Virus record (IMG/VR): IMGVR_UViG_3300034061_002899 | Direction: 5' to 3' (one strand) | DNA from: a virus | Length of the DNA: 64,000 nucleotides | In this document: positions 1 to 9,801 of the stretch, piece after piece | Numbering within the stretch: position 1 is the first letter of the stretch | How the letters are laid out: each line of letters starts with the position of its first letter | Notes under the pieces: generated by a model | Database searches by the model: none | What the model was told of the DNA's origin: nothing | Seen by the model: the letters and a program-made list of their open reading frames with translations, nothing else | Translations under genes and position numbers: made by a program

Positions 1-302
1 CCCAATGATGTTGAGATATGCTTGATACTTTTGATGGTAAAACTTCTCCATTCGTTTTTTTCTAAATCAAAAACACGCATTGATGTGGTGCTTTCTTTTC
101 TAGGTTTTTTATCTTCGGTAACTATTTTAGGTTCTACTTTAGGTAATAGTTCTGGATCCAATGTGCATTTCATCACACGTTCAGTCCCATCTTTTTTAGT
201 AAATGTAATTGTGACAGGATTGATTTTTAACACGCCATTTAACCATTCGATTAATTTGTCCCAGTCTTTGTCTGTGTCTGTCCATTCAGTAGAAATGTTC
301 AT
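1..302 (-). CDS. WYL_2/DUF2693-like SH3-fold protein (3' end outside window)
   Basis: Manual translation from ATG at 302: ...FTKKDGTERVMKCTL...VFDLEKNEWRSF; absent from the ORF track because the stop lies outside the window. Confidence 0.7.
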   Translation of the reverse strand, partial: MNISTEWTDTDKDWDKLIEWLNGVLKINPVTITFTKKDGTERVMKCTLDPELLPKVEPKIVTEDKKPRKESTTSMRVFDLEKNEWRSFTIKSIKHISTSL

Positions 303-586
303 GCTATCATCCTTATTAATCCGATTGAATCGATTGTGGTAAGCAAGATATAATTAGCCAGCATACCAAAGGAACGCCTACTATAAGCGCACCAAGCATA
401 TATAGCACAACCTGCAATCCATGCGGGGTACAATGCAAGAAGGGGAGGGTTAGGCACGGTGACGGCCATAATGATACTACAACCAATAGATATAGCCCAA
501 GCAAGGACCTCAAGATAAAAACGTACTGGATGAGTTTTGTAGTCATCTTTGATCCAAGCGAAAATTCCATAAAAAATATTGTTCAT
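299..586 (-). CDS. small membrane protein
   Basis: 95 aa with hydrophobic segments; ATGA overlap with the downstream gene. Confidence 0.65.
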   Translation of the reverse strand: MNNIFYGIFAWIKDDYKTHPVRFYLEVLAWAISIGCSIIMAVTVPNPPLLALYPAWIAGCAIYAWCAYSRRSFGMLANYILLTTIDSIGLIRMIA

Positions 587-629
587 AATATATGATACAC
601 TATGAACGATAGAATATCAACTGGTTTGG

Positions 630-941
630 TTACTGACAAGTACGCTCTCTATAGATAATACCATCAGCGTTCATAATTTCTTTCCATTCTGTACAGACAG
701 TTTGACGATGTACATAAACAGGGGGTTGTTGAAGAACAACTGTTTCTTGTCGACGGTTGTTTGCAATTGCGGCTCCTACGACACCGCCAATAATCAAAGG
801 TGCCACCCAGTTACCGTTTCCACCACCGTGAATATATCCATGGTGTCTGTAATGGTTATGCCAATGATGATGGTGCCAATGTTGTGCCATTGCTGTACCA
901 GACAATACAAAAAGTGATAATCCTACTAGAATTTTTTTCAT
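630..941 (-). CDS. secreted His-rich hypothetical protein
   Basis: Signal-peptide-like N-terminus, HWHHHHWH tract, GGVVGAAIA glycine zipper; AGGAG SD upstream. Confidence 0.6.
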   Translation of the reverse strand: MKKILVGLSLFVLSGTAMAQHWHHHHWHNHYRHHGYIHGGGNGNWVAPLIIGGVVGAAIANNRRQETVVLQQPPVYVHRQTVCTEWKEIMNADGIIYRERTCQ

Positions 942-969
942 AGTATTTCTCCTATACTAATATAACGTT

Positions 970-1503
970 TTACTCAAGTGTTCCGTTGACACGATGTTTG
1001 TCCACAACCTCTTGCAAAATAATCTCTATCATATTATTTAGTGTGATATCACGTTTATGTGCTTCCATGGCAAGTTGCAAAATAGTATCATTGTCGAGGT
1101 CTACCGGTAATTGAATACGAGTATCCCAATAGTCACCATTGAACATTGCTTTTGATTTCTCTAGGAAGTCTTCATCTGTTTCCAACTCAATCCACTTCAC
1201 ATCATCCCATGCTTGATTGGGTTTGACATTGCGTTCTTTTGCTTCATTGAGATAAGCATCTTTGAATTCATTATTAGTCCAACGATATGGTTTGTCATAT
1301 CGGTCATCATCGGGCCATACCCCCGACTTAATAGATGCGTCTGCTTGATATACAGTTTGGTCTACTGTACTATACAATATTGAAACGTGGGCGTATTCAC
1401 TTTCATAATCTAGGAATCGTGCGTTTGGAAAACAGTTCCAATGATATTCAGACCCACCGGTGATTTGGTGATTCATTGCTTCATTTATCTTGCTTAGATG
1501 CAT
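970..1503 (-). CDS. hypothetical phage protein
   Basis: 177 aa ORF in an operon-like run. Confidence 0.6.
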   Translation of the reverse strand: MHLSKINEAMNHQITGGSEYHWNCFPNARFLDYESEYAHVSILYSTVDQTVYQADASIKSGVWPDDDRYDKPYRWTNNEFKDAYLNEAKERNVKPNQAWDDVKWIELETDEDFLEKSKAMFNGDYWDTRIQLPVDLDNDTILQLAMEAHKRDITLNNMIEIILQEVVDKHRVNGTLE

Positions 1504-1687
1504 TTTTTAACTCCATAAGAGGTTCAATGTTGTTAGTATAAATCTGTTCCATTGTTTTGTAAAGCATTTTGGCATCTTCTTCTGTCATGCCGGCTGTCCA
1601 AGATGGTTCATCTTTGGTTTTTCTCAATCCATAATCATGCCTATATGTCATACACATGTCATGGATTGTTTTTTCTTTATCGTTCAT
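1481..1687 (-). CDS. hypothetical protein
   Basis: 68 aa ORF abutting its neighbours. Confidence 0.55.
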   Translation of the reverse strand: MNDKEKTIHDMCMTYRHDYGLRKTKDEPSWTAGMTEEDAKMLYKTMEQIYTNNIEPLMELKNASKQDK

Positions 1688-1969
1688 TTAATCACCGCTA
1701 TCAATCTGATACCGATCTCCGCAATGTTTGCAAGTATAGCCTGTCAAACATCTTCCATCTGATTGGCTTGTATAATTATGTGTACAAGGTACACCATCAC
1801 TATTTAATCTTACTTGACCTCTAGGAGATCCATACATATACTGTCCACCACAATTATGACAATTACGGTGTGTTTTATTGTTATTCCAAGAATAACTTTT
1901 TTCGGTGTCAGTCAATTCAACTTGACAAGTCCCGTTACATACAGGACACAATCCATATCCGTCTCTCAT
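1688..1969 (-). CDS. Cys-rich zinc-finger protein
   Basis: CPVCNGT, CHNCGG and CKHCG motifs; AAGGAG SD before ATG 1969. Confidence 0.6.
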   Translation of the reverse strand: MRDGYGLCPVCNGTCQVELTDTEKSYSWNNNKTHRNCHNCGGQYMYGSPRGQVRLNSDGVPCTHNYTSQSDGRCLTGYTCKHCGDRYQIDSGD

Positions 1970-1979
1970 ACTATACTCC

Positions 1980-2207
1980 TTAACTATAAGCCTTAACAAG
2001 ACCTATTAAACATGTTACGATTGCTACTGCATTAACTATAAACTGTGGTCTATTTTTAACACGAATAGTCCATGTCATAAATGCAATTGTACCTAATGTG
2101 AATGCTACAATGTTGTAGGGATACGCATCCGGACCAATTGAATTACAAACGTGACCAATGATAATGAATACTGCTCCGACCCATTGTAGGCTATCATTCA
2201 ATTTCAT
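1980..2207 (-). CDS. small membrane protein
   Basis: MKLNDSLQWVG..., hydrophobic; TAATG coupling to the upstream ORF. Confidence 0.55.
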   Translation of the reverse strand: MKLNDSLQWVGAVFIIIGHVCNSIGPDAYPYNIVAFTLGTIAFMTWTIRVKNRPQFIVNAVAIVTCLIGLVKAYS

Positions 2208-2290
2208 TAGAATACATCTTTCAAAATAATTGCTAGACCCATCACAATGACGGGCAACATTACGATACACAAATTAATATATGCTTGCAT
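2207..2290 (-). CDS. 27-aa single-TM peptide
   Basis: MQAYINLCIVMLPVIVMGLAIILKDVF*; exactly fills the gap between neighbours with a TAATG overlap. Confidence 0.5.
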   Translation of the reverse strand: MQAYINLCIVMLPVIVMGLAIILKDVF

Positions 2291-2291
2291 T

Positions 2292-2516
2292 TTACAGTCC
2301 TACACTTTTCTTAATTACATAACGGGCGATCTTTTCATCAAAGTACATACGAACACCATCTTTGACAGGATCCTCAACTACAATCTCACCTAGCTCAGTA
2401 GCGAGGGCTTTTGTAAATTTAAGCAAAATACTGTATGTATCCTCAGATTGGTTTAACGGATCACGGTCCAGAATTTGTACTGTATCGTTAATTAATTTTT
2501 CAATTTGTTCGTTCAT
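2292..2516 (-). CDS. hypothetical protein
   Basis: 74 aa, TAATG-coupled to the upstream ORF. Confidence 0.55.
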   Translation of the reverse strand: MNEQIEKLINDTVQILDRDPLNQSEDTYSILLKFTKALATELGEIVVEDPVKDGVRMYFDEKIARYVIKKSVGL

Positions 2517-2854
2517 TACTTTACTCCAAATGTGTTCAATGCTGGTTGCATTGTGTTGATTAATTCTGTCTCACGTGCATGAGCAGGACGTTTGCCTCGA
2601 ACAACCTCTAAGGTTCCAAATACAAAACGCTCGGCACCACGTTCACGCAACGCACGACTCAGACCCCAGTTTTTGTTTTCTGCTAAGGCACGTTGCATGT
2701 GTTTTTGCATACGACGGCGCAATGTGCAAAAAACATTACCTTTGAATGACAAAGCGGTAAGACCGACATAGTACTCAAGTGTCTCTACATCCTGAATGTA
2801 GTATATAACTTGATTGCGGTCTGTTCTGCGTTTGCGGGTGATTTTCGAGTTCAT
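2516..2854 (-). CDS. GIY-YIG-like nuclease domain protein
   Basis: VIYYI...YYVGLT, a conserved R, and a C-terminal E...N; ATG lies 6 nt after the -10 box. Confidence 0.6.
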   Translation of the reverse strand: MNSKITRKRRTDRNQVIYYIQDVETLEYYVGLTALSFKGNVFCTLRRRMQKHMQRALAENKNWGLSRALRERGAERFVFGTLEVVRGKRPAHARETELINTMQPALNTFGVK

Positions 2855-2860
2855 AGATGA

Positions 2861-2889
2861 ATTGTACACTAAAGCCCATTTATTGTCAA
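2861..2889 (-). promoter_or_regulatory. sigma70-type promoter
   Basis: TTGACA-17 nt-TACAAT. Confidence 0.75.
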
Positions 2890-3040
2890 ATTTTGATTGT
2901 CCCGTATGTTAGTTAGTACTAACTTAGGATAATTTCTATAGTTGTGAGTCAGTATAGACCCCGGATAACTCTATCGATTTTGAAGCACCTAAGGCACAAA
3001 AATGAGTACTTTTTAATACAAAATATGTAATACTTGAGTA

Positions 3041-3517
3041 TTACTTTTCTTCAGTTTTAGGGATATCTTTTTCTACGGGATATTCGTAGTTTGTAGTATC
3101 AAGATTTTCACGGAAAACAATAGCACCATTCTTTAAATGAAAACGTCTGGCCATATTAGTTTTTGGACTGAGAGTTACAAACCTAGTTACACTTGGGTAT
3201 TGTTCTTGTATCCCTTTAACAGCCTGAAATAATAACTCTTGACCTTTACCACTTTTATAACTCCATATAGTATAGAATATAGCAGTAGTTGGTACTTGTG
3301 CAGTTTTATCTAAATCTTTAATATCTGCTGGAATAAAATCATGGAAACTAACACATACCATTGCTTCTGGATTACTTTCTTCTTGTTCATTATCCGTTAA
3401 TGCCGCTACCATTCTACCATCACTTACTCTATAATCGGTAGGTATTTCAGGACGAACTGGGTCGTCTTTAATAAACTCTAAAAATCTATGTGATATATCT
3501 CGGATAAAGTGAAGCAT
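3041..3517 (-). CDS. conserved-looking phage protein, possible GNAT-like fold
   Basis: FYTIWSY..GKGQEL...FVTLSP..MARRFHLKNGA. Confidence 0.55.
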   Translation of the reverse strand: MLHFIRDISHRFLEFIKDDPVRPEIPTDYRVSDGRMVAALTDNEQEESNPEAMVCVSFHDFIPADIKDLDKTAQVPTTAIFYTIWSYKSGKGQELLFQAVKGIQEQYPSVTRFVTLSPKTNMARRFHLKNGAIVFRENLDTTNYEYPVEKDIPKTEEK

Positions 3518-3607
3518 GTTAATCTCTGGGTAGTGTTATTCATATTTAGCATTAGTTTTAAAATATGTTATTATTTAGCGTTATTTACTAGATTACTAAA
3601 TATGCAT

Positions 3608-4519
3608 ATGGCAAACATAATTGAGTGGAATGTTGGGTTAGACAACTATAAAAAATGTACTTTGGAAATAGGAACTCCAAGTAATAAATTTACCACAGAA
3701 TTACTAGATGTTCCTATTAAAACAGGACGAAGTATTACTGATATATTCAATGACCATTTAGCTAATAGACAAACCAAATACGTAGAGATATTATACAGTG
3801 GTGGATTAGATAGTGAATTGGTATTGCTTTCATGTATTAAAAATAATATACCTGTAATAGTAATGACTTTAATTATCAAAGTAGATGGTATGATAATTAA
3901 TACCCATGATTTATATTATGCTGAAAAATTTTGTAGAGAGCATAATATAACTCATAAACTTATTGAATTAAATGCTAATAAGTTTTTTGAAAATGGTATA
4001 TATTTAGATTATTTGGTCCCGTATTATATTATAGAACCACATGTGGCTACACATTTCTGGTTAATAGAACAATGTGATTATTTTCCAATATTGGGAGGTG
4101 ATTGGCCGTGGGTACATACGCATCTTGAAAATAAAATTGTATCTCCGTCTAGATTGGAATTCTCTAGCTATGAACGATTTATGAAAGATAAAGGTATAAA
4201 TGGAATCGGTAATATGATTGGGTACAGTTTAGAAGCCAGTTGTAAATTTATAAAAATGCACATAGACAATCATATTCCCGGTGAAACAACATCTAATTTC
4301 AAATCACGAATGTATCAACAAATGTATCCGGAGTTAGAACCCAGAATGAGAAGCTATGGATGGGAACATCATAGAAATAAAACAAATTTATTTAATATAT
4401 TAAATTATAAAATAGAGTTACTAAAAAGAGTTAGACCTAATAGTAGTCAGATTAAGTGGAATAACGTCATCAAAACACTATTAAATGCATCAGCTAATAA
4501 AAATGACAAATTTAGATAA
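3608..4519 (+). CDS. PP-loop (adenine nucleotide alpha-hydrolase-like) protein
   Basis: YSGGLDS motif; start placed just after the CTAAATA box. Confidence 0.6.
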   Translation: MANIIEWNVGLDNYKKCTLEIGTPSNKFTTELLDVPIKTGRSITDIFNDHLANRQTKYVEILYSGGLDSELVLLSCIKNNIPVIVMTLIIKVDGMIINTHDLYYAEKFCREHNITHKLIELNANKFFENGIYLDYLVPYYIIEPHVATHFWLIEQCDYFPILGGDWPWVHTHLENKIVSPSRLEFSSYERFMKDKGINGIGNMIGYSLEASCKFIKMHIDNHIPGETTSNFKSRMYQQMYPELEPRMRSYGWEHHRNKTNLFNILNYKIELLKRVRPNSSQIKWNNVIKTLLNASANKNDKFR

Positions 4520-5087
4520 TTTTAATACCTATGAATCATTCTCACATGGATTAGTAACTAGTAAAATATGGTTATGTGAGCAATTAGAAAAAGTATTAGG
4601 TGACAGAGAATCTGCTACTATTAATATATTAGGGTGCTGGGATAATCTATTAGCATTCATGTTGGTAGTAAGAAAACCAACTTACTACAAAGAATTACAT
4701 GGCTATGATATAGATCCTAAATCCATTGCAGTCGCAAATAAAATATGCGATGCTTGGTTATTTGAAGCTACTAAAATTTACAACCATGTAGCAGATGCCA
4801 ACTCTATACATTTTGTTGACAACACCCATGTGTTTATCAATTGTAGTGTGGATCAGTTTAAATCAAATGAATGGTTTGATAATATACCAATTGGCAGTCT
4901 AGTTTGCATACAATCTAGTGATATGCCAATTGACAATGATAAGTGGGAAATAACTCAAAGTGTTGGTTCACTTACTGAATTAGAAGAAAGATATAAAATG
5001 TCTAAAGTGTTATATAAAGGGGATTTTTATATTGACTATGGTACTTGGGGTTATACTAGATTTATGCTTATTGGTATAAAAAAATAG
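4503..5087 (+). CDS. class I SAM-dependent methyltransferase-like protein
   Basis: ILGCW...GYDID motif I/II-like; INCS motif. Confidence 0.55.
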   Translation: MTNLDNFNTYESFSHGLVTSKIWLCEQLEKVLGDRESATINILGCWDNLLAFMLVVRKPTYYKELHGYDIDPKSIAVANKICDAWLFEATKIYNHVADANSIHFVDNTHVFINCSVDQFKSNEWFDNIPIGSLVCIQSSDMPIDNDKWEITQSVGSLTELEERYKMSKVLYKGDFYIDYGTWGYTRFMLIGIKK

Positions 5088-5106
5088 GGACCGAAGTCCC
5101 TATTTT
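5081..5106. terminator. bidirectional intrinsic terminator
   Basis: AAAATAGGGAC-CGAA-GTCCCTATTTT between convergent genes. Confidence 0.8.
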
Positions 5107-5689
5107 AACTCGGTGCATAGACCTCTTCATGGCTCTTCATTCCAACTGAGCCACCTTCATCTTTGATTCGTTTGATAACATCCTCAAATAAGATTGGTCT
5201 ATAATCGGTATGTTCAACACATACACAATGATAGCGAGTATCCAGTAATTCTTCATCACTAAATAAATCCCTATACATTACACGATTTGCATGTAAGTGA
5301 CCGTGAATGTTAGTTCCGAAACGACCTAACGATTCAGGATGAATTGGAATGTGACTTAATATCATTCCGTTCATCACATGATAAGCACGTAACTCACGGA
5401 AGTACAATCTATACTCATCATCACGGAATATGTCATGGTTACCGCGAATCAATACTTTGTCACCGTTTAAGCGACTCATAATCTTTAATGCTTTACGATT
5501 GATAACAACATCACCTAAGTGATATACTTTATCGTTTGGTCTAACTGTTTCGTTCCAACGCTTAACCATTTCCTCGTTCATTTCATCTGGATCAGTCCAT
5601 GGTCGCATCTTTGAACCATCTTTGTTTGTAAAGTGACACACTCCGGTATGTCCAAAGTGGGTATCACTAGTTAAAAATACTGCTGGCAT
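5105..5689 (-). CDS. calcineurin-like metallophosphoesterase
   Basis: SDTHFGH, HLGD, GNHD and HGHLH motifs. Confidence 0.9.
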   Translation of the reverse strand: MPAVFLTSDTHFGHTGVCHFTNKDGSKMRPWTDPDEMNEEMVKRWNETVRPNDKVYHLGDVVINRKALKIMSRLNGDKVLIRGNHDIFRDDEYRLYFRELRAYHVMNGMILSHIPIHPESLGRFGTNIHGHLHANRVMYRDLFSDEELLDTRYHCVCVEHTDYRPILFEDVIKRIKDEGGSVGMKSHEEVYAPS

Positions 5690-5698
5690 ATTATATTC

Positions 5699-6133
5699 CT
5701 ATTCAAACAACTTTCTAGCTGCCTTAATTTTATCAATTGTTACTTTATGTGATATCACTCTTTTATTTTGATGTAGATAATTATAATGAATTCTTCCATT
5801 CTTTGTAAAATAACAAAAATCTTCTACAAATAATTTTCCAGAAAAATTTTTTATACCAGAGTCTTCAACAATAATCATGTTCTCATTACTAAGTAATCGT
5901 TCAGCCTGGTCCCAACTTATTTCTCCCCAATCAGACCCTTCCTTGTGACATTTAATTTCATAAGAATTAATTCTATCCTTTGTTAATGTAATAAGGTCAC
6001 TGTTTTTATATATTGAATTTTTTCCAAATTTAACAGAAAACTCTTTATATGATCCTGCCCAATCTACTTTTTTGTTTTCTGTTAAAAACTCTACTGCTCG
6101 CTGATGACGCTCATATTTTTGACCGCTGGGCAT
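5699..6133 (-). CDS. hypothetical protein
   Basis: MPSGQKYER...; TAATG overlap with the upstream gene. Confidence 0.5.
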   Translation of the reverse strand: MPSGQKYERHQRAVEFLTENKKVDWAGSYKEFSVKFGKNSIYKNSDLITLTKDRINSYEIKCHKEGSDWGEISWDQAERLLSNENMIIVEDSGIKNFSGKLFVEDFCYFTKNGRIHYNYLHQNKRVISHKVTIDKIKAARKLFE

Positions 6134-6360
6134 TATACCCTCTCTTTCTTTACTCGGCCGATGCGTGACGCCTTGTTCCAATCGTATGCAACACCATCTG
6201 GACATAGACCGGCTACAACACTATCTACACCAAACTTGCCACAGACTTCAAAGTCTATACCTTTGATGGATACAAACTCATTCATCTTCTTTGCCAAGAA
6301 CATTGCATCATCTAATGAATATACTTCATATTCTGCATTCTTGCCTATTACTTTAATCAT
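6133..6360 (-). CDS. hypothetical protein
   Basis: 75 aa ORF with AAGGA SD. Confidence 0.6.
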   Translation of the reverse strand: MIKVIGKNAEYEVYSLDDAMFLAKKMNEFVSIKGIDFEVCGKFGVDSVVAGLCPDGVAYDWNKASRIGRVKKERV

Positions 6361-6369
6361 ATTAATCCT

Positions 6370-6678
6370 TTACGCTGTAAACCAACCTACTTCGTCTTTC
6401 AATTCAACAGATTCGGCACCATCATATTCATTTATTCTGAATTCAGTGCCTACTGGTATCCATTGAATTTCCAAATCCATCATACCACCTTTGAAAACTT
6501 CGGGGTATTTTAGTTCCATATATGTCTCTAGTTCATCAAACTTTTCTTGTTCAACTAACTTAACAATAGCCGGGCTGAAAATTAATTCAGGGAATTGTTG
6601 ATTCCAAGTATACCAGCCGGAGCCAAAGCCCGGGCTATACAATACTGCTACTTTGTCGTTAACAATAACTTTGTCCAT
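6370..6678 (-). CDS. hypothetical phage protein
   Basis: VAVLYSPGFGSGW...EYDGAES. Confidence 0.65.
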   Translation of the reverse strand: MDKVIVNDKVAVLYSPGFGSGWYTWNQQFPELIFSPAIVKLVEQEKFDELETYMELKYPEVFKGGMMDLEIQWIPVGTEFRINEYDGAESVELKDEVGWFTA

Positions 6679-6698
6679 AATTATTCCTTAATATGTGT

Positions 6699-6727
6699 AT
6701 TATATACGATTCGGGAATAACTGTCAA
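6699..6727 (-). promoter_or_regulatory. sigma70-type promoter
   Basis: TTGACA-17 nt-TATAAT. Confidence 0.8.
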
Positions 6728-7501
6728 CTACAATTTAGCCAGTATACTGCTAGTAGTATAGTCTTCCTTACTGATTGCATGTTGTTTTAAAAGTGTTAAC
6801 TTTTGTTCTAATGGCAAAAGTCCCCATTCTCTTTGTACTTTTGGATTATCTACATCAAAATAATTTTCGGGATTAGGAATACTTTCAAATGCTGTTGGTC
6901 TAACAATAGAATCATAAACCCAATCCATAACGGCAGTCTGTATGCCAAAATCAGTAGCAAGTTTTAATATTTGTGACTGGCATCCAATTTCATCCCGATA
7001 TGCGTGGCGGATACTCATTCTATTATGTACATCACTAGTGGACATCATAAAGTGGTCTTCAATACCGATATGTTTATTTCCATCAGGGCCGTGTTGATAT
7101 TCGTAACGGGTAACATATAACGTATTAGGTTCTGGTGGTAATACACTCTTATCTTTTCGTCTAGCATAGATAATATCAGGTCTTGTATCAAATACTGCAT
7201 CATATACTATCTCACGTTCACGTTGTTTTTTATAGGGAATGATTGAATAATTTAAGTGACTTGGTCCAAGCCAAGAAGTATAGTGAAAGGGGTCAATAAA
7301 AACAGGTAAAAACTTAATTAGTTTTTGATTATTATCTATAAAGCTGTCAGTTATTCTTTTTGTGGGCATATTCTCAAGTTGCCAAGTAACAAAATAATAC
7401 TCAACGTTCTCTGCTATTGATTCGTAAAACTTGAAAGCGGCTTTATGATTATAGTCCCATGTTCTATAATGACCTCTTAAAATTACAGCAATATTTTTCA
7501 C
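6728..7501 (-). CDS. hypothetical protein, possible glycosyltransferase-like
   Basis: IAVILRGHYRT N-terminus and TRPD motif; end of the sugar-nucleotide cluster. Confidence 0.45.
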   Translation of the reverse strand: MKNIAVILRGHYRTWDYNHKAAFKFYESIAENVEYYFVTWQLENMPTKRITDSFIDNNQKLIKFLPVFIDPFHYTSWLGPSHLNYSIIPYKKQREREIVYDAVFDTRPDIIYARRKDKSVLPPEPNTLYVTRYEYQHGPDGNKHIGIEDHFMMSTSDVHNRMSIRHAYRDEIGCQSQILKLATDFGIQTAVMDWVYDSIVRPTAFESIPNPENYFDVDNPKVQREWGLLPLEQKLTLLKQHAISKEDYTTSSILAKL

Positions 7502-8337
7502 AGTAAATTATGTTCAACACAGTATTTGTACATATATTCAGCCCACAATTTGTGACCATAACTGTTAGGATGGAACACTTCAAATACTTTTTCATAGTCG
7601 TTATTTACTTGTGAAAGAAGATAGTGGTGCATTGTACCTTGTTCTTTACTATCTTTGTTAATAAATTTAACTTTGTCAATGCTTTCCCATATTTTTTTAA
7701 TTCCTAATTCAGTAGTATGAATTTTTTCTGTATATTTTTTATCATCCCATTGGTAAATCATTTGTTGGTAATGATGATAAAATGCCTGATGCATTACATA
7801 TTTTATATTAAGTTGTTTTAACATCATTTCAGTATGCCAAACAGTTGTAACCCATCTAAGTAAAAATTCTTCTTCACAATAAAAATGTTCAAAGTATAAA
7901 CGCATCAGTTGATTTATATCATCATTTTTGCAATCGTAATCTAAAGCCCAAGGCCCAAATTCTTGCCATCGAATACCTTGAGGGTTGTCTTTGTAATAAA
8001 ACTCAGTTCTTTCTGGACTTGTCCAACCAATAGTAATGAATAAATCACTAGTGTCTCTACCAGAAGTATATCCCTCAATACTTAGCCATTCAAGTAGTGT
8101 ACGTGATATAGCGTCATTACTGTATGCACATTTACTTAAATCAACAATTTCTGTTGCATTTATTGATTTGGCAAATATATTGAGATATTTGTGTTTTAAT
8201 CTAAATGCTTCGTTCACTGGTTTAAGATGTAGGTGATGGGCATCGATACCTAATTTCATTATTGGAATAGGTTCCTCTATTGGATCAACTAACTCTGACC
8301 CCCAACACCAACTATCACCGCATCCAATTAGTCGCAT
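7498..8337 (-). CDS. SGNH/GDSL-like protein
   Basis: GCGDSWCWG N-terminus, SN motif, C-terminal HP..GH. Confidence 0.55.
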   Translation of the reverse strand: MRLIGCGDSWCWGSELVDPIEEPIPIMKLGIDAHHLHLKPVNEAFRLKHKYLNIFAKSINATEIVDLSKCAYSNDAISRTLLEWLSIEGYTSGRDTSDLFITIGWTSPERTEFYYKDNPQGIRWQEFGPWALDYDCKNDDINQLMRLYFEHFYCEEEFLLRWVTTVWHTEMMLKQLNIKYVMHQAFYHHYQQMIYQWDDKKYTEKIHTTELGIKKIWESIDKVKFINKDSKEQGTMHHYLLSQVNNDYEKVFEVFHPNSYGHKLWAEYMYKYCVEHNLL

Positions 8338-8786
8338 CTTATTTCCTTTATTTTATTTATATAGTCGCTACATATAGCCATGCATTCTACATTTAATACA
8401 TTGTTTAATGTATTGTCTATATACTCCGGCATGACCATAATACTGTTCCGTGTCAGTGGCTTACCGGGTTGTGTCCATATGTCACCTTGACTAGTTAACA
8501 CACAACTATCACTTTCATGCCAAAAGAAATTTAGTATTCTGTTTGCACCCATGACATATAGTGCATCTAAATTCTTTGCATGTAACCATAAATTAGGTTG
8601 TTCTATAAATTCATATGACACTTCATAGTCAGGATGGTCATGTCCTAGAAACCACTTATCATCTACATACCACACATCTACTTCACAATGATAGCCTTTA
8701 CTTAATGCTAATTCAATTTGCTGTGGTCTGTTCTCTAAATTAACATCAGGACCATTAAACAATCCCCTATGTGCAATGTATATCAT
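8328..8786 (-). CDS. glycerophosphodiester phosphodiesterase-like protein
   Basis: IAHRG, EN, EVDVW, LGHD motifs. Confidence 0.7.
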   Translation of the reverse strand: MIYIAHRGLFNGPDVNLENRPQQIELALSKGYHCEVDVWYVDDKWFLGHDHPDYEVSYEFIEQPNLWLHAKNLDALYVMGANRILNFFWHESDSCVLTSQGDIWTQPGKPLTRNSIMVMPEYIDNTLNNVLNVECMAICSDYINKIKEIRCD

Positions 8787-9484
8787 AATGTTTTTAGTAT
8801 TTCCCAAGTTTCTTTATAACCATTGTCAATTTGAAAATATTTATTAACCTTATTAATAGTCATGGGATAATCTATTCCATCAGTAAAACATTTATCCCCG
8901 AAAAAATATGAATCAGTTAAATCATAATCAATCATCAAAAGACCCGTACAGCTACCCTTGTTGGCGCCACGTAAACAAATATCAATACTTGTATTACCTC
9001 CTAGATATGCTTCAAATCTAGGAAATTGTTCTACAAATTTAGTAGCTAGTAACTTACGCTCGTTGTGCTTTCTATCCCATTCAATATATTTATTACGGTC
9101 ATCAATTGTTGCATTTCTTCCCACCACTGAAACATTCAAACTACCTGTTCGTTGTTCTATGTGGTTACCTGTTTTAGTGGTATATGGGCTTTCTTGTATA
9201 TAACTATTAAGCCAATATAATTCTTCGGGTCTTAATGTAAATTGATTTAATTTATATTCTCTACCTTCAATGAATACATGATTACCCATACAATGAAACT
9301 GTATTTTTGCATTGTTAAGTATTTCTGATCCTATTTGGTTTATGGTAGAATGTCTTTCACCACCGGTAAGTATGACATATTTTTTATTTTTACTCCATTC
9401 AAGAAACCATGCATGAAAATCTGGATCAATTTTTTGACCAGTATCACATAATACGCCATCAACATCAAATATCCAAGTTGTCAT
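8783..9484 (-). CDS. HAD-IIB phosphomannomutase-like hydrolase
   Basis: FDVDG, IEQRTGSLNVSVVGRNA, GGNTSIDI, FFGDK motifs. Confidence 0.8.
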   Translation of the reverse strand: MTTWIFDVDGVLCDTGQKIDPDFHAWFLEWSKNKKYVILTGGERHSTINQIGSEILNNAKIQFHCMGNHVFIEGREYKLNQFTLRPEELYWLNSYIQESPYTTKTGNHIEQRTGSLNVSVVGRNATIDDRNKYIEWDRKHNERKLLATKFVEQFPRFEAYLGGNTSIDICLRGANKGSCTGLLMIDYDLTDSYFFGDKCFTDGIDYPMTINKVNKYFQIDNGYKETWEILKTL

Positions 9485-9801
9485 ACTATATATTTGTCTC
9501 CCGGTATACTAGGTGTTTTAACACATACCACAGTGCAGTCTTCCAAAAATATAGGATCTGCAATTTCGTTTGTTTCTACGATGAATGTATCACCTGCATT
9601 TAACTCTACTCCGCACATTGTCATTTTGCCTGATATTAACACATTATATTCTGTGATTAGTTTATGATAGTGTGCGCCGTATACTTCACCTTTAGGATGC
9701 ACTCTAACACACACTTCAAAATCTTTTGTGCGTAATAAACTTTTGTCAAAGTCTCCGATGATCCAACCACGGTCGTGGTCAGATAGTTTACCTACTATCA
9801 T
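9481..9801 (-). CDS. cupin domain protein
   Basis: HYHKLITEYN...G cupin motif. Confidence 0.75.
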   Translation of the reverse strand: MIVGKLSDHDRGWIIGDFDKSLLRTKDFEVCVRVHPKGEVYGAHYHKLITEYNVLISGKMTMCGVELNAGDTFIVETNEIADPIFLEDCTVVCVKTPSIPGDKYIV

